Virus record (IMG/VR): IMGVR_UViG_3300043959_000228
DNA length: 64,000 nucleotides
Direction: 5' to 3' (one strand)
Source: a virus
Lineage: Duplodnaviria; Caudoviricetes
This document shows positions 38,999 through 48,624 of the stretch, piece by piece (the first letter of the stretch is position 1; the number at the start of each line of letters is the position of its first letter). The position numbers were made by a program, and so were the translations under genes. A model generated the notes under the pieces. The model was not told where the DNA came from. It saw only the letters and a list, made by a program, of their open reading frames with translations, and made no database searches.

Positions 38999-40345
38999 TC
39001 GTACTTTCTGCATTCGTTCATTAATTTCGAGTTCGTGTCCACGATTGGTTGGATGATAATACTCTACTCCTTCTAAGCCCTCAGGCATGTATTCTTGAGG
39101 GCTTACAGCGTGAGGATAATCGTGAGCATATTGATATCCGGCGCCGTATCCGTCCTTTCGTTTCTGAGCATTCGTCGCATTACGAAGATGTAATGGGACT
39201 CCCTCTCCAATGCGATTATCCACATCATCTAATGCTTGATTCATGGCAAGATAGGAGGCGTTTGATTTTGGAGCTGTCGCCACGGCAATGATAGCCTCAG
39301 ATAATGGAATACGAGCCTCTGGCATACCAATCATGTCTACTGCCTGTGCTGCAGATGTGCATATTGTCAACACCTCAGGTGCAGCCAATCCGACTTCTTC
39401 AGCAGCCGCGATGATCACACGTCTCGCAATGAATCTTGGGTCCTCTCCACCTCGAAGCATCATCGCTGCATAATGAAGGGCGGCATCTGGATTTGATCCC
39501 CTCATTGATTTGATGAACGCGCTCGCGTAATCATAATGTTGATCTCCACCTCGATCATAATTAACACCAGCAGAAGATAAGATGTCGTTGACTATATCAG
39601 CAGTGATCACCTTATCATGGGCTAACGCTGAATTAGATGCAGCCTCAAGCATCACTAGAACTTTACGACCATCACCGCCAGATGATCTAATAATCATATC
39701 GATAGACGTCTTATCAATCGTAACGGTGTCATGCAATCCTCTCGGATCATGTAACGCAGTATCAATGATCAATCGTAAATCATCATCAGTCAATGCTTCT
39801 AATCGAACGATAACCGATCGTGAAATCAATGGACGAATAACCGCGTAACTAGGATTCTCCGTTGTAGCGGCAATAAATGTGACGTCCCTATTCTCTACAC
39901 CAGGTAGTAATGCATCTTGCTGATTCTTAGAGAATCGATGGATCTCATCAATGAATAGGATGGTCTCTAATCCAGTAGATTGATATGTCTTCTTAGCGTT
40001 AGCTATCGATTCTTTAACGTCCTTCACGCTAGCACTTGTAGCTGATAATTCAATAAATTTTCGATGAGATTGCTTGGCTATGACATGAGCAATAGTCGTT
40101 TTTCCAACTCCTGGAGGTCCGTACAATATAATAGAGCTTGGCGCTGTGACCATGCTCTCATCTACAGGCATAGCCATACGTCGTAAAGGAGAGCCTGGTG
40201 TAAGAGCTTGTCGTTGACCTACAATTTCATCAAGATTCGTTGGTCTCATTCTGATAGCGAGAGGATCATGCATCGTTGGTGCATCATCGTCAGGAGATAC
40301 ATTGTGATCTATAGGTCGAGTAAAAAGATTCATAGTAGCATCCAT
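38978..40345 (-). CDS. rarA: Replication-associated recombination protein RarA/MgsA
   Basis: 'PLAIRMRP', 'GPPGVGKTT', 'FIDEIHRF', 'ATTENP', 'SAFIKSMRGS', 'PKSNASY' and 'VPLHLR'. Confidence 0.95.
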   Translation of the reverse strand: MDATMNLFTRPIDHNVSPDDDAPTMHDPLAIRMRPTNLDEIVGQRQALTPGSPLRRMAMPVDESMVTAPSSIILYGPPGVGKTTIAHVIAKQSHRKFIELSATSASVKDVKESIANAKKTYQSTGLETILFIDEIHRFSKNQQDALLPGVENRDVTFIAATTENPSYAVIRPLISRSVIVRLEALTDDDLRLIIDTALHDPRGLHDTVTIDKTSIDMIIRSSGGDGRKVLVMLEAASNSALAHDKVITADIVNDILSSAGVNYDRGGDQHYDYASAFIKSMRGSNPDAALHYAAMMLRGGEDPRFIARRVIIAAAEEVGLAAPEVLTICTSAAQAVDMIGMPEARIPLSEAIIAVATAPKSNASYLAMNQALDDVDNRIGEGVPLHLRNATNAQKRKDGYGAGYQYAHDYPHAVSPQEYMPEGLEGVEYYHPTNRGHELEINERMQKVRSILRSA

Positions 40346-40394
40346 AATATGACATTATACCTGCGATATCAGGCTCTAGTGATATATAGATATT

Positions 40395-42041
40395 ATGGCT
40401 TTACCGAAGAGAGGATCGAATCACTCTAATTCTAATGAGTTGAATCCAGATGATCGTAATGCAGGCATGCCTATGCCGATGCCCATGCCTGAACCTGTTG
40501 ACGATCAATCATTGCGTCCAGCAGATCCTGTATCACAGCCTCATCCCCAATATCAGGCACCTCAGACTCCAGATCCGTCTCCGTATCTTGATTATGATGA
40601 CGAGGATGAAGACGATTTTGATCCACTGGCCTTTAGCGGACAGAATAATCAACAGAATGATAATGATTTTGATGAAGTATTGTCTCCTGAGGATATTCAA
40701 CAACGTGTAGACAATCAACAGCAGATGCAAGTACCGTTGACCACGCCAGCACAAACATCTCAATATCAGGAATCTTATCAAGCCTCTGAGGAACCATTAT
40801 ATGATCCTAGGACCATGAGGAATCAAAAGCAAGAATACGATAATCCAGTTAATCCACGCCCGCAAATGCCAGACAATCAGGATGTACAGGGCGAGAGGAT
40901 GGTCCAACGGATTCAGGAGGCTGAGGATAGAGCTGTCAATCATGCCCAACAACGTGCTGCCGAGGACTCCAGGGATGTGCGTCGATCACATAAATCTTCT
41001 TTGAGTGAGACGGTGTCTCTTAAGGACGCTGAGAAGAAAGCGAAGATGTATCGTATAGGCGCGTTAGTCGTTGTAGTCATTATTCTGATTCTAGCCGTAT
41101 ATCAAACGGTCATACCGAAGAAGACACTTTCTGAGAGTGATGTACAGACCATAGCAGCTCAGACTTATAATGACACAGGATTCCCATTGCAGTCTGGTAG
41201 TGGATTAGTTCAACAATTCATGACGGCTTATCTACAGGCCGATGGAAGTTCTTCTGCTTCACAGATGATTGACACGTTCTATAATGGCATGTCATTTGCT
41301 GATGCCTCAAAGACTGAGAAGGGCGGGAATACATCAAATTATCCTAATATCACTGTTCCTAGTGATATTCAGCAAAAGATTGAATATGGTCCATATGTCT
41401 ATGAAGCGAAAGCGCTAGCTAGTAATGGCACCACAGCGACGTATCGTGTTGGCGCGTTAGTTTATCATCTTGATAACAATGGTCAGCCAATACAGAATAC
41501 GGACACGAATACGACACAATATGACTGGGTATTCTATCAGGTTGATTTATCGTATAACGCTAAGACCGAGAAGTACACGGTGTTCCAGAACTCACCTACA
41601 CGAGTTGCGCCACCTACTATGAGTCAGGCTACTAGTGGCGATGATAATTATCTGCTCCCTGGAGATAAGACTGAGGCCAAGAGTTTAGAGAACTCTGCTG
41701 TTGATGATCTTGTTAAACAGTTCATGCAGGCTTGGGCTGCATCTGATTCATCCGCCTTATCACCATTGACATCGAAGCAGAGCACGGCTGATACGAAGAC
41801 CGGGTTACATGGCACCGTTACACTTAATGGTAATCCAGAGTATAAGGTATACGGTCATCCATCAGACGATAATTATTATCGTGTACTCGTAACGGTCCAG
41901 TGGAATCAGAAAGTCACTGATCAATCGAATATCGTGCAGAAGTCGACATATGTTCTCAAGATGAGTAAAGACGGTGAGAATTTGTCCATCATCGATATTC
42001 AACCATATCCATGGTATCCGCAACAAAAGAGTGACGATTAG
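40395..42041 (+). CDS. TcpC/VirB8-like conjugal transfer protein
   Basis: Disordered cytoplasmic N-terminus, one TM, then two repeated domains starting 'LVQQFMTAYL' and 'LVKQFMQAWA' (tandem NTF2-like layout of TcpC). Confidence 0.72.
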   Translation: MALPKRGSNHSNSNELNPDDRNAGMPMPMPMPEPVDDQSLRPADPVSQPHPQYQAPQTPDPSPYLDYDDEDEDDFDPLAFSGQNNQQNDNDFDEVLSPEDIQQRVDNQQQMQVPLTTPAQTSQYQESYQASEEPLYDPRTMRNQKQEYDNPVNPRPQMPDNQDVQGERMVQRIQEAEDRAVNHAQQRAAEDSRDVRRSHKSSLSETVSLKDAEKKAKMYRIGALVVVVIILILAVYQTVIPKKTLSESDVQTIAAQTYNDTGFPLQSGSGLVQQFMTAYLQADGSSSASQMIDTFYNGMSFADASKTEKGGNTSNYPNITVPSDIQQKIEYGPYVYEAKALASNGTTATYRVGALVYHLDNNGQPIQNTDTNTTQYDWVFYQVDLSYNAKTEKYTVFQNSPTRVAPPTMSQATSGDDNYLLPGDKTEAKSLENSAVDDLVKQFMQAWAASDSSALSPLTSKQSTADTKTGLHGTVTLNGNPEYKVYGHPSDDNYYRVLVTVQWNQKVTDQSNIVQKSTYVLKMSKDGENLSIIDIQPYPWYPQQKSDD

Positions 42042-42095
42042 AAAATCTTAGTGATATCTAATGTTTGTCAAACAGATTAGCAAGGAGATAACCTC

Positions 42096-42404
42096 ATGTT
42101 AAACAACGTCTTATACACGCCAGAGTTCAACTCACTGATTCTCGGAGCAGGATTGAACGATCTTTGGAATAGCGTCAGAGACAACTGGATCGGACCAGTG
42201 TTCTTCGCAGCCGTCGCTGTTGGAGCATTCATGTTCATCAAGAGCCAGCAGATCACAAAGTTGATCATGTTCCTCGTCGTAGCATCTTTAGTCGGCGTAC
42301 TGATCTTCTTCGGTGATGCATTATTCGGCGCTAATGGATCTCTTAGCAGAATGTTCAAGGGCACATCTACTAATGTTGGTAACAGTAATTCTGACGGTAT
42401 CTAA
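42096..42404 (+). CDS. TcpD/VirB2-like small membrane protein
   Basis: 102 aa with two TMs ('NWIGPVFFAAVAVGAFMFIK...LIMFLVVASLVGVLIF'), directly after the tcpC-like gene. Confidence 0.6.
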   Translation: MLNNVLYTPEFNSLILGAGLNDLWNSVRDNWIGPVFFAAVAVGAFMFIKSQQITKLIMFLVVASLVGVLIFFGDALFGANGSLSRMFKGTSTNVGNSNSDGI

Positions 42405-42454
42405 ACCATCTTTACGTTGTCCAACGTCTCCTTGTCTTATCTCGATTCTACGAT

Positions 42455-42471
42455 GATATCTTATCATCATG
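42455..42471 (+). promoter_or_regulatory. Class B promoter example: GATATCT-N7-ATG
   Basis: Variants at 40381, 61809 and 63430 also lie exactly 7 nt before an ATG. The motif also precedes leadered genes at 9833, 13182, 17031, 23919, 27103, 42053 and 44185. Confidence 0.7.
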
Positions 42472-42876
42472 AACGCCAATAAGAACGGATTACGTAAAGA
42501 CCTATCATATGTGGCGAGTTTATCTAAGGAATTAGATGACTCGCCACAATCATATGACGATGAACAGGACATCCAGAATGCTAGTAGTGATTCACTATCA
42601 CAATTCATGGACGTTGATACTGATCAGCAGGACGATGATTTAGAAGACGATTTCTTATCATCGGCTATAGGTCAATCATTACCGCAGAATTTCCTATCAT
42701 CAACATTCGAAGATGACGAAATTAACGTATCAGAGTTATTGACTACTTTGAATCGATTATATCAATCGTATCCAGTTAGTCAACGATTGCATATTCCGCT
42801 ACGAGTATCTGGAGAAGGAACGCACATCGTCAACGTTAGATCTACTAGTGATGAGGTTATCATAACCTTAGGATGA
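42469..42876 (+). CDS. Small acidic hypothetical protein
   Basis: Leaderless ATG 7 nt after GATATCT; D/E-rich. Confidence 0.65.
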   Translation: MNANKNGLRKDLSYVASLSKELDDSPQSYDDEQDIQNASSDSLSQFMDVDTDQQDDDLEDDFLSSAIGQSLPQNFLSSTFEDDEINVSELLTTLNRLYQSYPVSQRLHIPLRVSGEGTHIVNVRSTSDEVIITLG

Positions 42877-42888
42877 CGAGGAGATCTT

Positions 42889-44172
42889 ATGAGTAATATG
42901 TACGGTATAGCATTAAAGGGTATACATCGTGGTGAATACACTTTATGTAGAGCTTCTGATATCACAACCTGTTCATATCATGATCAATCAAGTCATCGAA
43001 ATATGACGAAAGATGAAGTAGATGCCGAGAATGAAGCAATTATTGCCAAATTGTCAACACCAAAGAAACTAGGAAGAAAATTATCAAGTCTAGCATTCTC
43101 CGATAGGCGCTCAGCGTCCGTACATTCTCGATCAGCTATTAAGAAAACCTTAGCCGTTGTACTTACCAGCGCGTCATTATGGTCGTTGGCAGCGTGCGGC
43201 CCTCAGCAAACATCAGCCGCATCTACACCAGAACCCTCAACATCAACATCGCAATCTACAGATGGATCATATCAGGAGTACTATGACCAGGCATCGCAGG
43301 GTGCGAAGAGTACCGAGAACGATATCACGTCATCTAAGGCTTATCAAGACGCCAAGAAGAAATTACAAGAATTAAAAAGCTCAGATGCCTATAAATATCT
43401 TAAAGATTCAGCTTCGTATAAACAGCTTGAGAAAAGTCTCGAAGATACGTTATCATCATATGATCAATCTTCATCAGACGCTACCTCGTCATCGGGTTCA
43501 TCCTCATCAACCACATCCTCGGATGCACAGGCCTTATCCTCGTGGTCATCATCAGTAGCGCCAGATTATTATAAAAGTACTGGTTCTGCTGTCCTACCAT
43601 CTACATTACTGCCATCAGGACAATCTGATTACCAAGGATTGGACAGCTTAGGAAGAACTGGATATGCTCATGCAACGCTTAACACGACGATGCGCTCAGA
43701 AGCGAAGGCCCGTGGACGCCAGGAATTTGATAGCACGGCAGACGATGTATCCGGTCTAAAGAATCCAGTCACTGGCCAATCAAATAATTTCAAAATGACG
43801 AAAACCGGTCTTCATGGATCAACAGGATACTTCTACAATAAGTCACACCTTATCGCTGACTCTTTAGGTGGTAAACCAACAAGAACCAATCTAATTACTG
43901 GTACTAGGATGCAAAATGTAGGATATAATGGTGGTACACCTGGTGGCATGGCCTATACCGAGACGAAAGCAAGATCGTATCTAGACACTCATCCTAATGG
44001 GACTCTAGCGTATTACGTCCAACCAATCTATCAGGGTAATGAGATCGTTCCTAGGGGTGTAACGGTAGATATGAGGTCCTCTGATTCAGAATTGAATGAG
44101 CACGTAATCGTCTGGAATTATTGTGATGGATACACTATTGATTATACAACTGGTGCAGTTACAAGGAACTAA
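42889..44172 (+). CDS. DNA/RNA non-specific endonuclease (EndA/streptodornase-like) with Cys/His leader and internal lipoprotein signal
   Basis: 'LDSLGRTG', 'YNKSHLIADSLGG', 'NLITGTRMQN' and 'GMAYTE'. Lipobox 'LAAC' lies near residue 103. Confidence 0.88.
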   Translation: MSNMYGIALKGIHRGEYTLCRASDITTCSYHDQSSHRNMTKDEVDAENEAIIAKLSTPKKLGRKLSSLAFSDRRSASVHSRSAIKKTLAVVLTSASLWSLAACGPQQTSAASTPEPSTSTSQSTDGSYQEYYDQASQGAKSTENDITSSKAYQDAKKKLQELKSSDAYKYLKDSASYKQLEKSLEDTLSSYDQSSSDATSSSGSSSSTTSSDAQALSSWSSSVAPDYYKSTGSAVLPSTLLPSGQSDYQGLDSLGRTGYAHATLNTTMRSEAKARGRQEFDSTADDVSGLKNPVTGQSNNFKMTKTGLHGSTGYFYNKSHLIADSLGGKPTRTNLITGTRMQNVGYNGGTPGGMAYTETKARSYLDTHPNGTLAYYVQPIYQGNEIVPRGVTVDMRSSDSELNEHVIVWNYCDGYTIDYTTGAVTRN

Positions 44173-44227
44173 AATAGGTATCGTGATATCTTATTGTTAC
44201 AAAAAAACAATGAGAGGAGAGCGTTTT

Positions 44228-44896
44228 ATGGCCCTGTTAAAAGCCTACAAGAATTTAGATTTACGTCCTAATGGCGTTGATTCTTTAGGTCGTCTGACAG
44301 CGTTAGAGGAAAGATCAATACGAGATCAATTCAATGACATCTATGGTAAGGATAGATTGAATCTTGATTTACGACGGTTAGACTTAGCAGTGGCTTCGTC
44401 AATAGGATTATCCCCATGGCAGCTTATGATTACGATTCGATCTAAGGAATTACCTCGACTGGATAGGAATGATGACCCTGAAACCATCATAGGAGTGATG
44501 ATTGGTCATTTAGCTTCAAAGAACGATCGAGCTACGTTGAAAACTTTTCTGCCAATTCGACAGACACTGCCATTCAAACCACAAATAGACGCCGCCGTTG
44601 ACGCGTCACCATCGATTCTCATTATTGACGCCTTTTACAATGATAGCTCTTATCCCATAGCAACCATGACGGCTTTCCTATTACGCAAAGTGCAGGCATC
44701 ACGTTTCGGACATTGTATGACGTTCCTTTTCTGGCCTTCGACACGTATAGACGTCAAATTAGGTACACAGTTAGTCAAATTCGGTTATAGGCCATATGGT
44801 ATTATGAATTTTAGAGCAATACAGGACGCGATCTTTAAGAATGGCAAATGTTTAGCCATGTGGACAAGTAAGACAAAAGACTCTAGAGAAGGATAA
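44228..44896 (+). CDS. Hypothetical protein
   Basis: GAGGAG RBS before ATG 44228, in frame with the listed ORF. Confidence 0.65.
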   Translation: MALLKAYKNLDLRPNGVDSLGRLTALEERSIRDQFNDIYGKDRLNLDLRRLDLAVASSIGLSPWQLMITIRSKELPRLDRNDDPETIIGVMIGHLASKNDRATLKTFLPIRQTLPFKPQIDAAVDASPSILIIDAFYNDSSYPIATMTAFLLRKVQASRFGHCMTFLFWPSTRIDVKLGTQLVKFGYRPYGIMNFRAIQDAIFKNGKCLAMWTSKTKDSREG

Positions 44897-44901
44897 TAAC
44901 C

Positions 44902-45558
44902 ATGATTGAAACAACGATCAATAAGATCAAGCAGATATACACTAAGAAGTCATCGTATCTGATAATTGGATCTATTATTACAGGTGTATTATTCATCATC
45001 GATATTATTGCGGACGTTACGCTAGGATCTGGCAAGAATTGGGCCAATTATATTAGATGCGTCCTTGCTTTACTTACAGCCGTTCCACTATTCTCAACAG
45101 GATATATGATTGCTCTCAAACAGCATGATGGGCAGGTAGAGAAAGCTATTGATACTGGAACGGAATATGTTGAATGGAGATTACGTTTCTCATATAGGAA
45201 GCGCTTGCAGCATAGTATCATCGTTGGAGCTTGCTTAGCGTTACTGGGTATTATCACGAGCTATACAAGAGTGTACACTATATCGGCTGCCGTTATTCTC
45301 GCCGGAGGATTCGCGTTAATCGTATATTGTCGTCTTACTAACGATGAACGGACTCTCAAGAATTATGGTGTACCCGACCCTAGGGATGTGCTGGATGACA
45401 GTGAGGAAGCCGAAGCTCAATTAGCCGATGAGGCTAAACAGGAGCTTAAAGACGAGATTAAACGGAAGAAGAAGGGTCAGGATACTGAGGAAGATAATGA
45501 TGACCAATCATCTGATGACTCAGATGATACGACTAAGCATAATGTTTGGAAGCTATGA
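44902..45558 (+). CDS. Four-TM membrane protein with acidic tail
   Basis: Four hydrophobic helices; AAGGA RBS. Confidence 0.7.
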   Translation: MIETTINKIKQIYTKKSSYLIIGSIITGVLFIIDIIADVTLGSGKNWANYIRCVLALLTAVPLFSTGYMIALKQHDGQVEKAIDTGTEYVEWRLRFSYRKRLQHSIIVGACLALLGIITSYTRVYTISAAVILAGGFALIVYCRLTNDERTLKNYGVPDPRDVLDDSEEAEAQLADEAKQELKDEIKRKKKGQDTEEDNDDQSSDDSDDTTKHNVWKL

Positions 45559-45681
45559 TCATGACGTATCGTCATTGATGAATATTGAGGAATCGCTATA
45601 GCTGTCTACAATTATGGATATAGTCCTGATAGATACATATCGTAGTAAACTTATTCACCTGATCTACGGAGGTTATTTCTT

Positions 45682-46716
45682 ATGAGTTCTAATACTAAGA
45701 GAGTATATGGAAGAACGCCAGATGGACGTATGACACCATGTAATGCTCAGGATCCTAGAACATGTCGATATCACGTTCACGATGTAGCTCATGTGTCCCT
45801 AACAGCAGATCAAGCAAATAAGATGAATGAGGCCTTGGCCGCTGAGAAGTATCAGTCATCATCTAAAAAGCTGAAACGAGAATCATCAAAGATCAACGAT
45901 TTGGTGAATCAGCCAATTAACGATGTCATTACGATATCTGATAGCGACTTTATGAAGCTTGATGAGGAACTTGATCAAGTCATTCACGATGCTAATGATC
46001 GTAAGGCTATCACAGAACCATCTCAATATGCTGATATTGATGCTATAGACTATTCTGTTGACAAGCCTGGTGAATCTGAAATTACATGGATGCAATCATC
46101 TGTCGACCTTAGGGGTCTACCATTAAAAGAGGGGGAGTCTGAAGCCGCCTATGAGGCTCTTAGTAGAGTGAACGATCATCATCGTGACGATGCTAATGAT
46201 TCTACTCCAAGCCCTCTACAGGAAAGATTGATGCAAACTCTTGCATATGATCCGAATATCTCGCAGGATACTCAGGCGGCCTTAGCCCATGACGCTGACA
46301 CTATGAGATATGGTGCTAGGACGCTAGTCAATAGCCCATTCGTGACTGATGACCATAAACGTGAGGCTTTTAACACGAGTCCGGCATCAGCATTAGAGTC
46401 TCCATCACTTCCAGGTGACTGCGCTAATCAAATGCTAACATCTGACAACCCATACACTCGTAATGGACAGCCAGTAGATCATCAAGCCGTGTTAAACGCT
46501 CTTCATCATCCGAATGCTGATCCTAAAATGATTTACGATTATGTCAGAGCGAATAATGATGACGACCAGGCTAAATGGGCAGTGTCCTTAAATCCTAATG
46601 AATCTGTCATTGAGGCTGTGCACGATTATGACGTAGAGGACAACGGGACCGATACGATTATCGTTGATGATCCGAAGAACGACGATACGTCTGAATGGCA
46701 CGATTTCCTGGATTAA
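45682..46716 (+). CDS. Hypothetical protein with Cys/His N-terminal leader and helical (LRV-like) repeats
   Basis: N-terminus is homologous to that of 42889. C-half has repeated 'A-x2-PN' units (LAYDPN, ALHHPN, SLNPN). Confidence 0.7.
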   Translation: MSSNTKRVYGRTPDGRMTPCNAQDPRTCRYHVHDVAHVSLTADQANKMNEALAAEKYQSSSKKLKRESSKINDLVNQPINDVITISDSDFMKLDEELDQVIHDANDRKAITEPSQYADIDAIDYSVDKPGESEITWMQSSVDLRGLPLKEGESEAAYEALSRVNDHHRDDANDSTPSPLQERLMQTLAYDPNISQDTQAALAHDADTMRYGARTLVNSPFVTDDHKREAFNTSPASALESPSLPGDCANQMLTSDNPYTRNGQPVDHQAVLNALHHPNADPKMIYDYVRANNDDDQAKWAVSLNPNESVIEAVHDYDVEDNGTDTIIVDDPKNDDTSEWHDFLD

Positions 46717-46764
46717 AGAAGATTAACTAGTAGAACTTCGTAGCCATATGGTACCATATATCAT

Positions 46765-48129
46765 ATGGCTACTATTACGAAATACCGCTGTTCTAACTGT
46801 CATTCAGTACGGACGTCTGATACTGGTGCATGTCCATCATGCGGATTATATGGAACCATGGAGTTAGTAGTTGAATCGTCTGCTGGACGAAAGATATCTT
46901 CGAAAAACACGACTCCACCATCAGGATTATGGACTGTTTCTGAATTGAACAAAGAAGACAATCAGAAAATGTCTACTGGCGTTAAAGAATTCGATCGATT
47001 GCTTGGTGGGGGTCTGGTCAATGGACAAGTTGTTCTTATTGGTGCTGAGCCTGGTTTTGGTAAATCAACATTATGCTTAGAAATATTGGGTAAGATCGCA
47101 GGATCTGGTAAGCCAGTATTATATGCATCTGGTGAGGAGTCAGCAATACAGATAGGTGAGCGTGCAAGAAGATTAGGCGAGACATCAGACAATTTGAAGA
47201 TTATTAGTACCACGTCTGTAGAGGACGTCATGCAACAGGCTGACGCTATTGAGGCCGAGATTGTATGTGTTGATAGCCTGCAAGCTATGGCTTCAGCTTC
47301 AGTTGATGGAAGTATAGGTGGGATCAGTCAGTCTAAAGAGGCTAGTCTTGCCTTCAAGGATTATGCGAAGAGGACGAATGTGCCATTTTTGCTTATTAGT
47401 CAGTTTACGAAGAGTGATGAGGTCGCTGGTTCGAATCAAATTCCTCACGTCGTGGACACCATCCTTGTAGGAGACGCTGATAAGGATACGCCATTGAAAT
47501 TCTTGAGATCAAGGAAGAACAGGTATGGCGTTACTGGCGTGACTGGTGTGTTCGTCCACGAGAACAATGGATTACGGTCAGTTCAGGATCCATCACGATA
47601 CCTGATGGGAGCAATGAACGCTGATTTGGCCGGATCGGCTATGACTATGATTTCAGACGGCGGTCGCCTCCTACCAGTAGAGATTGACGCTTTAGTAGCA
47701 CCAGCAGCCTATGGTAATCCTCAACGAAGATTTGATGGTCTGCAATCTCAACGAGCAACTACCCGCGTAGCAAGATTAATGGTCAGCGCGGAGGAATTAA
47801 ATCTAGACCAGAACGATGTTTTCGTTGGATCTGTCAACGGTATTAAAATCAATGACGCCTCATCTGATCTGGCCATGTTAGCGTCTATCGTATCGTCAGC
47901 TCTTCATCAACCACCGAATGAATACACTATGTGGATTGGCGAAGTTTCATTGACCGGACAAGTCAGGGGTCGTACAATGATTCAAGAGAAGGTTCGGGAA
48001 GCTATACGATTAGGATTTAGTCGAGTAATCATTCCGTCAATGGCTATTGACGCTATACCGAAGTCATTATCTCATAAAATTACTGTGACGCCAGTCGATA
48101 TGATTGAGGACATCCTCCATCTTATTTAA
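46765..48129 (+). CDS. radA: DNA repair protein RadA/Sms
   Basis: C4 Zn finger, 'EFDRLLGGG', 'EPGFGKST', 'YASGEES', 'KNRYG' and a Lon-like C-terminus 'IGEVSLTGQVR'. Confidence 0.93.
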   Translation: MATITKYRCSNCHSVRTSDTGACPSCGLYGTMELVVESSAGRKISSKNTTPPSGLWTVSELNKEDNQKMSTGVKEFDRLLGGGLVNGQVVLIGAEPGFGKSTLCLEILGKIAGSGKPVLYASGEESAIQIGERARRLGETSDNLKIISTTSVEDVMQQADAIEAEIVCVDSLQAMASASVDGSIGGISQSKEASLAFKDYAKRTNVPFLLISQFTKSDEVAGSNQIPHVVDTILVGDADKDTPLKFLRSRKNRYGVTGVTGVFVHENNGLRSVQDPSRYLMGAMNADLAGSAMTMISDGGRLLPVEIDALVAPAAYGNPQRRFDGLQSQRATTRVARLMVSAEELNLDQNDVFVGSVNGIKINDASSDLAMLASIVSSALHQPPNEYTMWIGEVSLTGQVRGRTMIQEKVREAIRLGFSRVIIPSMAIDAIPKSLSHKITVTPVDMIEDILHLI

Positions 48130-48144
48130 GGTATAATGAGTATT

Positions 48145-48624
48145 ATGAATGAAGATCAGGACGAACTCACAGAACTGGGGTCATCATCGATAGATCTGCC
48201 GGAGATGGTCAATCCTTTCCCGTTTGAGAAGGATTACGTGCCTCAGACGATTCTATCCATGAAGATCGAACAGGTTGGTGATTATAACGATATGGCTGCG
48301 ATTAATCAAGCTATTGATACGGTTCGCATAGCCATGTTCAAAATCAACGAGAATCTTCGTGTAGCTGAGGCCAAGGTAGCGTCAGCTAAAATCGCTTATG
48401 ATCGAAATTACAATCGATCGTACATCCTTGCTAGCGACGCTAAGACAGAGGGCGTGCGTAAGGCCATCGCGCAGATCAAATCTGAAGCATATGAGAACAA
48501 GCTCGTTGTCAGACAGGACATCGTCCGAGAATTAATACGACGAACCAGACTTATGGCTAATGAATTAGAGGCTCTAAAAACGTTGTCATATAACGTTAGA
48601 AAGGAGATGGATTCATCACGATGA
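48145..48624 (+). CDS. Helical coiled-coil hypothetical protein
   Basis: Leaderless ATG 48145 after GGTATAAT; all-helical sequence. Confidence 0.65.
   Translation: MNEDQDELTELGSSSIDLPEMVNPFPFEKDYVPQTILSMKIEQVGDYNDMAAINQAIDTVRIAMFKINENLRVAEAKVASAKIAYDRNYNRSYILASDAKTEGVRKAIAQIKSEAYENKLVVRQDIVRELIRRTRLMANELEALKTLSYNVRKEMDSSR

Noticed and set aside
48145-48624. UvsY-like recombination mediator next to radA
   Set aside because: Size and helical character fit, but I could not identify specific conserved residues. Left as hypothetical.
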